From assembly GCA_964016885.1 (NCBI GenBank), contig OZ024742.1, forward strand, positions 304,978,001 to 305,042,000: a stretch of 64,000 nucleotides of DNA. The letters run 5' to 3'. The notes beneath the pieces were generated by a model, which saw nothing but the letters and a program-made list of their open reading frames with translations, did no database searches and was not told the DNA's origin. This stretch comes from Eledone cirrhosa. Lineage: Eukaryota. Shown here in pieces: positions 1-12,040 of the stretch (position 1 is the first letter of the stretch; the number at the start of each line of letters is the position of its first letter). The translations under genes were made by a program, and so were the position numbers.

Positions 1-2039
1 ACCATTACTGTCACGTCATCAGCGTAGGCCGATACGGCTTTCCGCAACCGAGGTTCCAAGGGGATGCCCTGCACCAACTCTAACTTCCACAGCAGTGGCT
101 CGAGAGCCAGCACATACAGAAGGGAGGAGAGAGGGCACCCCTCTCGAATGGACCGCGCGATTTGGAACGGCTCCGAGAGGTAGCCGTTCTCCTTGACCCT
201 CGAGCAGATGCGGCTGCTGTGCATGGCAGTAATCCAGCCCCTGAAAACGGGTTCGAAACCTGCCGACGCTAGCACCGCATCCAGGTAACCATGGTCGACC
301 ATATCGAACACGTTAGATTGATCCAAGTTGATCAGGGCCCCACCAAAGCCGGGTTCATTCGTTACCCCCACTATGATGTATCTCATGAGGTGGATGTTGT
401 CGTGAATGGACATGGACGGGATAGCGCATGTCTGCGCATCTCCCACCAGGTTACCCACGACAAGCGCCAACCTCTTTGCTAACACCTTGGCCAAAATCTT
501 TAACTCCGCATTTAGCAGAGTTATGGGCCTGAAATTACTTATTTCATCCCCCTTGTTCTCGTCCTTCCACACTAGCGAGACTACGCCCTTGGTCACAGAA
601 CAGGGAATTCTCCCGTTCTGTTACCAGTTGCAGTAGACCGCCTCGAGGAGATCGGGGAAAAAGTCCGACATCGCTACATAAAGTTCGTATGGAAGACCAT
701 CGAGACCCGGGGATTTGCGTTTGCCTATCGCAGGACATTGCCTCCTCGTTCGAAAAACGCGGTAGGCCGTCGAGGTATGGACCGAAATCCACATCCCCAT
801 CCGGCCCCCGCCCCTCCCGAACAGTCGTGCAAAGTGCCTTTGAAAGCCCTCACACATCTGTCCAAGTTCAAGGATCACCCGTCCATCCTGGACCTTCAAA
901 GACCTGATAGTGGATTTAATCCCACTTTTGGCTTCTGTCACGCGGACCCAGCTAACAGTTTTGGCCCCCTCGTTTCCTAGAGCACGTATTTCACTTCTGA
1001 CAACGCAGCCTTCGTGCTTCGCGTCGAAAAACTGGTCTAAGGCCGTTCTCGACGCTAGCACTCTGGCTACGTTGCCGCTTCTAATCATCGCCTCTTCTAC
1101 TCTATCTACAACTCCCTTTCCTTCCTATTCCTATGTGAGGCTAATTCCTTACTAAAACCTATCGAGACTACTCTAATCTCTCTCTCTTGAGAGAGCCCCA
1201 CCACCTGCTGTTGACGATAGCACCCGTCAACCGTTCCTTAAATAAAGCACTAATCCGATCCCTGTAAGCTTTACTTACCGGTAAGAACAAGTTCAGCTTC
1301 CAGTAACCGGGTCCCTGTCTATGCGTTCTATGAAGGTTGACTAAGCAGGTCACTAATTTGTGATCTGAATAGCCAACGATGCGCATCTCTGGACAACTTA
1401 CTAGGTCCCTATCCTTATTTCTAACTAGGACCCTATCTACGTACGACCTAGATGATCCGCTAAGGTTAGTCCAAGTCCAGGTTGGCGCAGTCGGAAAATC
1501 TAGTCGATATCTATCGGCCAGGTCAAATCGGCCGATTAACCGTTTGAGGCTCTTACACCCCCCTCTATCGGGACATGCCCCTACATAGTCCCAACGTGCA
1601 TCTAGGATACCATTCCAGTCCCCCACTAAAAGCAAGGAGCGGGACGTCCCTAGAAAAGTCTCCAGACGTTAGAAGAAGTCCGGCCTCGCTGCCCCAAAAG
1701 GGGCATAGGCGGCGACCAGCCTAAAGGCCCCACCTTCACCACTGCCAACGTCTAGTACCACCAGTCGACCCTCCGGGCCCAAGTGCACCGTCTGCGTTGC
1801 GAGACCCAGGTGTTTTTGAAGCAGAACGACAACCCCACCCCACCTCCTGGCTGATAGAGAGATGCATAGATCTCAAAGTCGTTAAAGGTGAGGGCTAGCT
1901 GGCGTTCGTTGCTGACCCTGGACTCGCAAATAGCCATGACATTTATACTGAGCGACCTGAGGTCATTTAGAAGTTTTGCCTGCTTCCAAGGTGAGCTCAG
2001 GCCACGCGCATTCAAACATCCTACTCTCAATACAGCTAT
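1..2039 (-). pseudogene. LINE ORF2: apurinic endonuclease + reverse transcriptase (frameshifted)
   Basis: APE motifs RVGCLNARGL, ICES, LVGDWN, SYVDRVL, SDHKLV, GPGYWKLN. RT motifs KSPGLDGLPYELY, FRPITLLNAELKILAK, GCPLS..LYVLALEPLL and SAYADDVTV (YADD at 26-15). The likely start codon is mutated to ATA (2039-2037), and there are several frameshifts. Confidence 0.92.
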
Positions 2040-3984
2040 GTTGGCGGCGAAGGGGAAGAAAAAGAAAAAGCACCTACACCCTTACGTCCCGGGGACCGGG
2101 CTGCACAACTTCCATGGGGGTGAGGGAGGGGTTGTTGGGTGGGTGGTGGTTTGTGGACATCAGAGTGTGGTGGGGTTGGCGTGTTTGGTGTGGTGTGGGT
2201 GTCTGGGGTGGGGTGGGGAAATATTTCAAGAGGATGCGGTTCATTGGTTTTATACAGGGGGGGGGGGGGGGGCACGTCCTCAGGGAAATTATCTTTTAGT
2301 TCTATATAAATGTCTATCGGAGTTTTAATCATTTTTAAAGAGGGGTTCTCTGTGTCCCTCGTGAAATTTGGCCCTTCGGTTTGCCCCGAGGGGTTTTGTT
2401 CAATTTTGTTTACAAGTTTTATATTTTTTGTGTTGAAGTATGTGTATAGCTGTGTCTGTGTAATGTTTGTTGGTTTTTGTTCTTGTTTTTGGTATGGGTT
2501 ATTTTTCTTTGTGTGTTTTCTTTTTTTTGCGCTTTATTTTTTGGAAGGGTTCCCCCTCGTCTTCTGACGTTAAGGGATCCTTTTCCATGCGGGAGGGGAG
2601 GGGTATATTTGGGGGTTTTGCTATGTATGTTGTTGGAGTTGATTTAGGTGGGGAGGAGTTGGGTGGGACCGTGTTCAGTTTTTTGTTGACATGTTGTGTT
2701 TGTTGTTTTTGAGGTGGTGGTGGTGGTGGTGGTGATTGTGTTTTTGTTTGTGGAGTTGTTTGGGGTGTGGAGGGGTTGGGTGGGTCCATGTACAGTTTTT
2801 TGTTGACTTGTTGTGTTTGTTGTTGGTGTGGTAGTGGTGGTGGTGGTGTTGTTGTTTTTGGAGGTGTTGGCAGTAAAGGTATTTTAGTTTGTTGAGGAGA
2901 GGCAGCCCTCAGGTGACCTCTGCCTCCACAGAAGTAGCAAGCGGGCCGCCTACCCGCAGCTGCAATGTTCATAAATTGGGAGCCTTCCAGGGACACACTT
3001 TGGGGTATCTTTGCGATACGTTCTGGTTTAATTCGAACCAGAACCTGTATGCCTATACCGCCGAAGTGGCCCCTGGTGGCTTTGCCTATATCAAGGAGTT
3101 AATCTTCGTCGTCCAGTGTCCCTCCTAGTATCCACCACATATTTGTATTTGGGTGTATACCGGAGATTGTTATTTTTTTAGTTTTCTTCCCCATGTAGGT
3201 GGGGAAGAAAGTGTACTGTTTGGACACAATTGGCGACACCGAGTATTTTTGGGCCACCAATTGGTCCTTCATCAAAATTGTGAGACTCTCATATAACTTC
3301 CCTCTCTCAATAAAAACGTGTCCTTCAACGCGTCTTTTAACACCAGCTCAATTTCGCTATGCGATAATTGAGGTGGTTTTTTCGACGCATTTGATATAGT
3401 TCTAAAATTAATTATCCTTAGGACCGTGTCTCTTTTAATATCCTTAGAGGAGATTATGGTGAATTCACCGTTTTCACCAAAGCTCACCCGTTTTCTCCCC
3501 TCTTTTAGCAATTCCGCTGCATTACTGGGGTGAAAGTTTCGGTCTCCTTAACGACCTGGGCAAAGGATATTCGTGTAGTGGGGTCTTTTTTGTGTGTGTT
3601 TCGTTGCTGTTGTTCTTCTTTTCTTGGGTATTTGCGTTTTGGTCGTTGTTGTTTGCGGTACAGTTTTTTGGGTTTTCACCCATTTTTTCGTGTTTTGAGT
3701 TCACATTTATATTGTTATCTTTGTCATTGTTGCTGCTGTTTGTGTTATTTTCTTTGTTATTTGTGTTGGTGTTGTTGGTGTCAGTGTAATTTATACATTC
3801 TTTATTTACTGTTTCCATTGTTTGGGTTATTACCCAAGTTTTTACAATTGTTCGCCAAATCCACTTCCATACTCGCATGCGAAAGCGAGAGAAGGGAAGC
3901 TTCAGTAGGTTGAGTTACTTGTTCCTCTTTATCACTTTCCCTGGGGGGGGGCGTGACAGTGATGTTTTCATGTATGGTGTCCAT
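2036..3984 (-). pseudogene. LINE ORF1 (gag-like, zinc knuckle, Pro/Thr/Asn-rich), frameshifted
   Basis: ATG at 3984-3982 (MDTIHENIT...), followed by a chain of minus-strand ORF pieces. Includes CYFCGGRGHLRAA (CCHC knuckle with the last Cys lost) and a basic KIKRKKKK tract, directly upstream of ORF2. Confidence 0.75.
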
Positions 3985-3998
3985 TATTGTAAGTTGGT

Positions 3999-4182
3999 GG
4001 ATTGGCAGTATCGGTAGAGAGTCGGACACCATGCTTTGAAGCATAGAGTTACGTCCCTTTACGGTCTGAGTTCAAATACCGCCAAGCTTAACTTTGCATT
4101 TCATCCTTACGGGGTCGATAAAATAAAGTACCAGTAATACACTGGGAATTTGCTGGCCTTGTGCCAAAAGTAGAAACAATTA
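3999..4182 (+). mobile_element. tRNA-derived SINE (octopus OK-like, Meta-type central domain), inserted in the LINE 5' UTR
   Basis: A box TGGCAGTATCGG, B box GAGTTCAAATAC, core CATCCTTACGGGGTCGATAAAATAAAGTACCAG. 16-bp TSD ATTATTGTAAGTTGGT at 3983-3998 and 4179-4194. Confidence 0.9.
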
Positions 4183-4672
4183 TTGTAAGTTGGTATACAA
4201 ATTTTTCAAAGTAGTTTTTACCCTAAAAAAGGGGTAAACATAAAATAACAACCCGTCTGCACGTCCAGGCGGGGGGTTAGGTCACACAAATAAAACAAAT
4301 GAAACACAAACTCACAGTAAAAAACGTAATACAAATCCCAAAAGGCTGCAGCCGAAGTAACACTGTCTACTATCAACGATAGATAGATAGATGTATAGTG
4401 GCGGACTGGGTGTAAAAATATTGGTTGCCAGGAGATGAAAGGGGCCCACCAACATATAGAATGCTATCATTTAATTTTTATAATGAATAAATAACACTTC
4501 CGAAAAATACATAAGTAGAAAGAAAATATTGCAATCAAATTTTTGCGGAAAAATATCTTACCTTCTCCAATAAAAAATAAGTATTTTGCGAAATCCAGAG
4601 AGTTTAAGTTATAACCGGAAGTCGACCCTAAATATTAGTAATAGCTCTAGGAAAGCCATCTTTTTAACTCTG

Positions 4673-4986
4673 ATTTTGAAAGTATGTTTATAATTATCAA
4701 TTTTCATCAGACTTTTGTAGCTGTCTCGGTAGCCTAGCTGGAGGAATCATAGACGGTGGTGATCCTGCTCTGAAGTTCGATCCTGGTCGGGCGCAGGGTT
4801 CCGTTAAACCATTTCTGTTTTTTTCTATTGGTTGTTAAATAAAAACTGAAAAAGGGTACATGTACCTCTTGATCAGGATTGAACACAAAGCCAGGATCTC
4901 CACCGTCTCTAGTACCTACCGCTAGACTACAGAGACAACTACGAACATCTTGTGAAAATTCCTACTTATAAACCTACTTTCAAAAT
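4673..4986. repeat. Imperfect ~315-bp palindrome whose arms contain convergent tRNA-like sequences (probably inside a DNA-transposon remnant starting ~4396)
   Basis: TTTTGAAAGTATGTTTATAA...GTAGCTGTCTCGGTAGCCTAGC...GTTCGATCC is mirrored by GGATTGAAC...GCTAGACTACAGAGACAACTAC...TTATAAACCTACTTTCAAAA. Confidence 0.7.
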
Positions 4987-5094
4987 TTTCAAAACAAAGT
5001 GTTGTGGTGTCGTTCATGTCTTTCTTAATGTTATTGCTCCTACTTACGGTCATCTTTCAATAACGACCTATGGTCTTTCACACTCACTTAGTAG

Positions 5095-5145
<51 letters not shown>

Positions 5146-7342
5146 AAAAAAGAAATTTTGTTCACATGCCAACACATATATATATGTATACACATAGAAA
5201 CAGTGAGAGTGATAGAGACGTAAATGGATATATGTGTTATATATTCCCATTTCTACGATATAGTTAATGCATTGTATTTCAATACTAGCTTACTTTAAAT
5301 TTTACGTGGTCTCGGATTAATTCTAAAACGTATTTCTTACGTAATTGAAGCTGGTTCCCATACGTAATGTATAGAGAGATAATATAATGAATGCTATATT
5401 ATTAACTGCTAAATGTAGATGATCATTTTCGAGAAGGAGAAAAAATATTTTAAATCTTTAAACAATGCTCAATTTGCGGAAGAAACCGTAAACAAACTAA
5501 TGCATTGCCAGCAGGTTTCTTTACTGTAAGACCATTTTTAAAAGTGCCGTAAGCTTATGCTAGACTTTTTTCGTCGCTGTTATTTCGGCAGTTTTCTGTA
5601 TATCATTAGTTCATTGATCTTTTACTTGTTTGCTAACTACAAATAAAATTGAAAGGGATTTATAATGCTTTCTCTCTAAATCTTACTCGATTACAGCTTG
5701 GTTCCAGTGTTTAAATCTAATGCAACGCTTGTTTACAAGATACAAGGAATGCGAGAATACTATAACTGATTTGTATTCAGCGTTGCGAGAGACTGTTGGT
5801 CTCTCCAAGACTCGCTAGAAACTTGTCCAATTCTTTCTATCATTACACTCTACCAACTATCACATGCATTCGAACCAGGTCTTCCCTCTGAATATAACTT
5901 GCTCCTGTCTTCTCATTACATTTTGGGTGCTCCGAAAGAGGACTGAGAAACTTTCTCTCCACCTTTTATTAAAAGCCTTGTCAAAAGAAAAGGGACAAGA
6001 GAACACATAGGTCAATAATTATAATATATAAAACAAGTGGATCATAACCAGAATGACATTCCACATACCTCTGCTAGATCAGGGATGACCTTGGGCTAAA
6101 CAACAGCGGAATAGTGAGACTAATGTCTCTTTACAGATAGAGAACGAAGGTTTTGCTGATGGGATCAGAAATATTAACTAGTTGGACGAGAAGCTGACAC
6201 CTTTGTGATTCAGCCAACATCGTACTCGACGCTTTATCAAGTTAGCGTTATCCTTTACAATATTCATTCTCTGAGGAAACATCACACAGAAATACACTAT
6301 ATTTGATGACCAGTGTTATCCAGCTTGTTGCCTCCTGTTTCTACGTTCAATCACCACTGGGATTTCTCTATATTTAATAAAATAAATACTAGAAAATTAC
6401 CTGGCCAATTATTTCATCTATAAGACAAACTCATCTTGTACTTAGACAATGAGAAATATAATTATCAAGCGTTATTAAACGTTGTTTTTGGCGCAGAAAC
6501 TGCCCAGGGTTCTTCTTCACTATTCTATGTTCAACTCTCGCGAGTAAAAGCTGTCATCTCATTAAGCTTAAAACATACGGTCTGGGGTTGAATCCATTAA
6601 CTGTAGCTATATTCATTCTATTATAATTATACATTTTAAAATTTTGAACCACATTTTCATCCCTACATTTTCATAACTTTATTATATATTCTCTTAATCG
6701 GATCTCAAGTCACATCTAAATTAACACTTCTAGACGTTATTTAGTTTTTGCTCGCGGATATAGATTATATACGTTGTGTATCACGAGAGGTTACTTTCGT
6801 GTTATCTATAGCATACAAATAACCAAGTACCATCTGTGCAAAGATAACTTTACACAATTATCTATATATCCTCATGTTACAGTTTATTATCGACTATCAC
6901 CTATGTAGAAAATGTTTGCAATTAGGTATCACACATATAGTTTCTTATGCTTCTGTTGTTCTATACACAATAGTTTATTCTATGAACTCTTCTATAAGAT
7001 CGGCCATTACTAATTCTATATTTCAAATATTACTCTCAATAACTGTACACCATCACAGTACAGTACAGACAAAGCTCTATAAAATCAATATAATTATAAA
7101 TCGAACATAATTAATTCCATACACTTCCTGTTCAGCTAACGCCATACGTTATACATTATAACGTTTCATATATCATTAGTTTAAGAAGTCAGCCAATTCT
7201 CGCCATTGCTACATATGTCAACTAACATAACTTGCAGCTCATTATACAAAACACGGTCTGTTTTTCCGCACTTCCTCTCCAATACATATACATGCATTCA
7301 TACATACATACACACGCATACATATTTGCATACATATATATG

Positions 7343-7414
<72 letters not shown>

Positions 7415-8100
7415 TGTGTATATATATACGACTGTCATATCAGTCCTGTTACTTAGGAATTTGTGTATCAGATATATATATATGTGTGTGTGCGTGTGTG
7501 TGTGTGTGTGTGTGTGCCTGTGTTTGTGTCTTTGTATGTGTGTGTCTGCATTTTTTTCATAAATCCCTTCAACCTTGGGAGGAGTGGAAAGCTGTGTGTC
7601 TAGGCCTTATGCCAGAAATCTTTACTTTGTGAATTAAACTGTGACTCACCAGCTCAACGGGATATAGAAATAAACATATTTCTAGAAAAAGAGAACTATA
7701 TTTCACCAACACATTTACCGATAAACTTAGATTTTGTAGTCTGCAATGTATAACAATAAGCCATGGTGAGAATGAAAGACGATATTGAATCTTTCGATTC
7801 AAAATTCTCATAGCTTACCATCTTCCTATCAGATTAAGCTAAACATTCTTGTTGTTATTACGTTGCCAATATTTTTTTATATTTTTATAGATTTTATTTC
7901 ACCAGTGTCGACCTCTGTCGGCCAGTCATGAATCTTCGATGATACACGACCAATTAATCTGGTAACACTATTTATGGCTCCAAAAGCGCAAAATAATTGG
8001 CTAAAATCTTTTACAAATTATAAGTTTCCCTTGTGGTTGGCTGATGAATTCACAGGATTTCATGATTTATTGATATCATTATTGCTATTATTATTATCAT

Positions 8101-8210
8101 TCTTACGGGGTCGATAAAATAAAGCACCAGTAATGCACTGAAGTCTATTTAATCGACTTTCTCCCTCCCCAAAAATTGCTTGCCCTGTGCCTATGTAAGA
8201 AACAATTATT
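8101..8210 (+). mobile_element. 5'-truncated SINE (same family)
   Basis: GGGGTCGATAAAATAAAGCACCAG core and TGTGCCTATGTAAGAAACAATT tail. Confidence 0.8.
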
Positions 8211-8323
8211 AGTAGTATTAGTAAAAGTGCTATTAAGTTCATCGTCCTAACGACTATCATCACCACAGTCACTACCATCATTATTATCACCTGTTCTAGT
8301 TGCAAGAGTTAAAGTCCAATAAG

Positions 8324-8543
8324 TAATGGTTTCTTATATAGGCACAAGGCCAGCAATTTATGGGAGGGGAAAGTCGATTAAATCGACACCAGTACGTGAC
8401 TGGTACTTTATTGTATCGAACCCGGAAAGGATGAAAGGCAATGTTAACCTCGGTTGGTTTTGAACTCAGATCATAAAGAGCCGTAACTCTATGCTGCAAA
8501 GCATTGCGTCCGACCCTCTACCTATACTACCAATCCACCACCC
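8324..8543 (-). mobile_element. Full-length SINE (same family)
   Basis: Reverse complement of the family sequence. ~21-bp imperfect TSD GTTA(A/G)AGTCCAA(T/G)AAGTAATG at 8308-8328 and 8546-8566. Confidence 0.88.
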
Positions 8544-8884
8544 TCGTTAGAGTCCAAGAAGTAATGAGAGAGGAAAAAACTACAGCAATATGGCAGTCAC
8601 GGGAGAGAGATTATCACGCTTCTTATTATTTTGTGTTTCTTACTTCGTATATGATTGTATTTTTTTGTACTTATTCTTTTATCTCTTAAATAAAAACTAT
8701 TAAACTGAGTAAACCTTCCCTGTTTGCTGTTACATCAGCATCATGATACTAGTGATAATTACAGCCAATACCAATAACACCACCATAATCATCATCATCA
8801 TCAATACCATCCTTTATTTCATCCCGCACCAGCGTTTCATCTTAGTCTCCATCTTCATCCTAATAAATGTTAACGTTAGCAGAC

Positions 8885-8919
8885 TACTACCACTGCTGCT
8901 GCTGCTGCTGCTACTACTA

Positions 8920-8951
<32 letters not shown>

Positions 8952-8961
8952 CCTGCTGCTG

Positions 8962-9050
<89 letters not shown>

Positions 9051-9385
9051 GCTGCTGCTGAAGATGAAGATGATGATTATGATGATGATGATAATGATTT
9101 CTACTATAGGCCACCAATTTTGGAGGATAGAGGAAAGTCGATTAATTTTTAAACTACTATTGAGGATGATGATGATGAGGATGATGATGAGTATGATAAT
9201 AAGTGTTTCTACTTTTGGCACAAGGCCAGCAATTATCCCAGTGCATTACTGGTACCTTATTTTATCGACCCTGTAAGGATGAAAGGCAAAGTTAACCTCG
9301 GCGGGCTTTGAACTCAGACCATAAAGGGCCGTAATTCTTTGCTGCAAAGCATGGCGTCCGACGCTCTACCGAATCTGCCAATCCG

Positions 9386-9435
<50 letters not shown>

Positions 9436-9989
9436 ATGGTGATGATGATAATAACAATGATAATTTTCATCATCATCATCGTCCTAACTCTTGTCGTATT
9501 CGATTGTAAATAATAATATTATCATTATTATTTATTTATTCATTTATACATTTAGATATTTAGTTATTACGTTATTTATATATTTTGTTTGTTTCCAAGA
9601 ACGATTAGTGGATAGACGACGTGTGAGAAAGATAATTGGTTTTGTTATCGTTGTTCTTGTTTCGGTTGGTGTTCTTCCTAATTTTATTATTGTATATTAT
9701 TGTTTCTTTACTTTGAAAACCTCCCCAGGCACAACAACATATTTCACCGTGCACTGAAGACAGAAAGGATTATTTATTTATTTATATGTATATTTATTTA
9801 TATATTTATGCTATTTCCAAATCTTGTTTTTGTTGCTGTCTTTTTCTTGTGGCTGTCTTGGGGATTGGTCACAGTGGCAGACTTCATGACCACTTTATTA
9901 TTATTATTAGTAGTAGTAGTGGTAGTAGTTTATATGTTAGTTATTATTTTAATATTACATTTGTATCCTCCTCTTCCTCCTCCTCCAAA

Positions 9990-10055
<66 letters not shown>

Positions 10056-10700
10056 CACCACCACCACCACCACCACCACCACTACCACCACCACCACCAA
10101 CACACACCACTACTACTACTGTTGTTGTTTGTATTGAAAAAAGTAGAAAGATTTAGAATATTTTCTTGGAATAAATAAATTTAATATTTTTTGTCGGAGA
10201 AGCCATTTTGTTTTTTATTTATCTTTAATAAATGTTATTGTTTGTTGTCCTATTTTGGTTTTCTTTGTTTTCGTATTTATTTATAATTCGCTCTTTGCCC
10301 CCATCTACACCTCTTTTTTTTTATTTAATTCCTTTCTGCAATTCTTTGAGGTACGTCTGTTGCTAAATCTTGTAATTAATCAGCTGTGGAAATAATTCAA
10401 AGTCAACTTAAGGTTATACGGTTTAAGATTACACATTCTTTGGAATGATTCTTTGGCTCAACTTTAGTGTCAGTCTTTCCATTTATAAGCGGCATTTTGC
10501 AGCAGCAAATACAGCAAAAGTAAAAACAGCAACAACAACAACTACTACTACTACTATTACTACTACTACTATTACTACTACTACTACTACTGCTGCTGCT
10601 ACTGCTACTACTACTACTACTACTGCTGCTGCTACTACTACTACTACTGCCACTACTACTACTACTACTGCTGCTACTGCTGCTACTGCTGCTGCTGCTG

Positions 10701-10750
<50 letters not shown>
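8885..10750. repeat. Cluster of trinucleotide microsatellites (CTA)n/(CTG)n/(GAT)n/(ACC)n
   Basis: Tracts at ~8885-9095, 9386-9435, 9990-10100 and 10530-10750. Confidence 0.9.
9204..9385 (-). mobile_element. SINE (short-tail variant)
   Basis: GGATGAAAGGCAAAGTTAACCTCGGCGGGCTTTGAACTCAG...GCCAATCC matches the family in reverse. Confidence 0.88.
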
Positions 10751-11322
10751 GCAAAAAAAATGTCAAAGGTTAACTATTTTATAAGGAAGAAAAAAAGAGC
10801 AAATTCAATGACAACATAACTAATAAAGTCAATGGCATGAATTAAAAACGTAAGTTCTACAACAATAGCCGCAGTAGCAGCACCAGCAGTAACAACAACA
10901 AAGCAATAACAAACTGACATAGTTATAGTAATAAAAATAGCAACAAATATATGACATATAACAGTTTCGATAAAAACAACATTATCAACAATTTCACTAA
11001 CAACTGCTAGAACTGCAGTAACAATGACTAAGATGTCAACATCAACTGCAAGAAAAGGCAAACCATCACAATTGTTCTGTTTGTTAAAAGTATTGTACCA
11101 TATCTACCATAAATCATAGCTTAATATTTTGAAATATGATGAGACAAAAAGGATAATATATTCATAAATATCACCAAAAAAGCAGGATAGTCCTGGTAGG
11201 AACGCGATTTACCGTAGGTCCAATTATTCACGGCTCATCCAGGGTTTTAACAATAACAACAAACGATTTTACAGCGTTATTAAAACTAGACGATAATATT
11301 GACAAACGCACGGGAAGATATT

Positions 11323-11510
11323 AATAATGATTTCTAATTTAGGCCCAAGGCCAGCAAATTATGGGGGAAGAAAGTTGATTACCATTATACCTATCTCAAA
11401 TCTTTACTGATGCTTTATTTTATCGACTCTAGAAGGATGAAAGGCAGATTGACCTCGGTGAGATTTGAACTCAAAATGGAGACAGTCCTAACGAAATATT
11501 ACTATGCATT
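11323..11510 (-). mobile_element. Older diverged SINE copy
   Basis: TTTATTTTATCGAC...GGATGAAAGGCAGATTGACCTCGGTGAGATTTGAACTCA. Confidence 0.7.
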
Positions 11511-11896
11511 GCATCCCATAAACAGACAATAACTGGAAAACTCATCGTAGAAACAGAAGTGGATCCATTCAAATTCCATAGTAACCATTTACTAAAAACA
11601 TGATGTTCGCCACTCTGATTAGCCCAGTTGCTATACAACATACTCTACAAATGCACTGATCTACACAATGTCACATAAAGCTCTATCACGTAGCATATAC
11701 AAATCACAAACACTATCACATTTCGCATACTCTGAAGAATGATCCTCTGTCAATTTCGACAATTACAAGGAAATACTTCTTAATATAATTTGTGAAAGGT
11801 TACGTGTCCCACAGAAACGTGAACACAATAACATAAATGACAGCTAAACCAACACGACTAAGGGCTGGAAATTTGAATTATATTTTCAATCCATCT

Positions 11897-12040
11897 GACA
11901 GTCTTTGCATAGTTTCCATCTATCCAATTTAACCTTCAGGCTACTGTCGTCATGATGCTAGTATAAAAGCTATTTGCTCAAGTTGCCACATACTGAGATC
12001 GAACTCGAAACCTTATGATTACAAAGTGATTCTCTTAAAG
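11897..12040 (-). mobile_element. Degenerate SINE of a second (CORE-type, OR-like) family
   Basis: AGTTTCCATCTATCCAATTT...TTTGCTCAAGTTGCCACATACTGAGATCGAACTCGAAACC resembles a reversed CORE domain plus B box. Recognised from memory of the family. Confidence 0.5.

Larger units (their letters stand above)
1..4377 (-). mobile_element. Decayed Tx1/L1-clade non-LTR retrotransposon (5' UTR, ORF1, 5' part of ORF2; continues beyond window start)
   Basis: Minus-strand APE and RT motifs in LINE order downstream of a gag-like ORF1. The GC-richer block ends at ~4377 against a (GATA)n tract. Confidence 0.9.

Noticed and set aside
16-22. CTGATGA on the minus strand
   Set aside because: Part of the codons for the RT YADD motif, not a ribozyme.
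3999-4085. tRNA genes at A/B-box sites
   Set aside because: They are SINE heads with no complete cloverleaf.
11600-11760. VAYTNHK-like peptide resembling Gypsy RNase H (VYTDHK)
   Set aside because: Too short and degenerate to support without a search.
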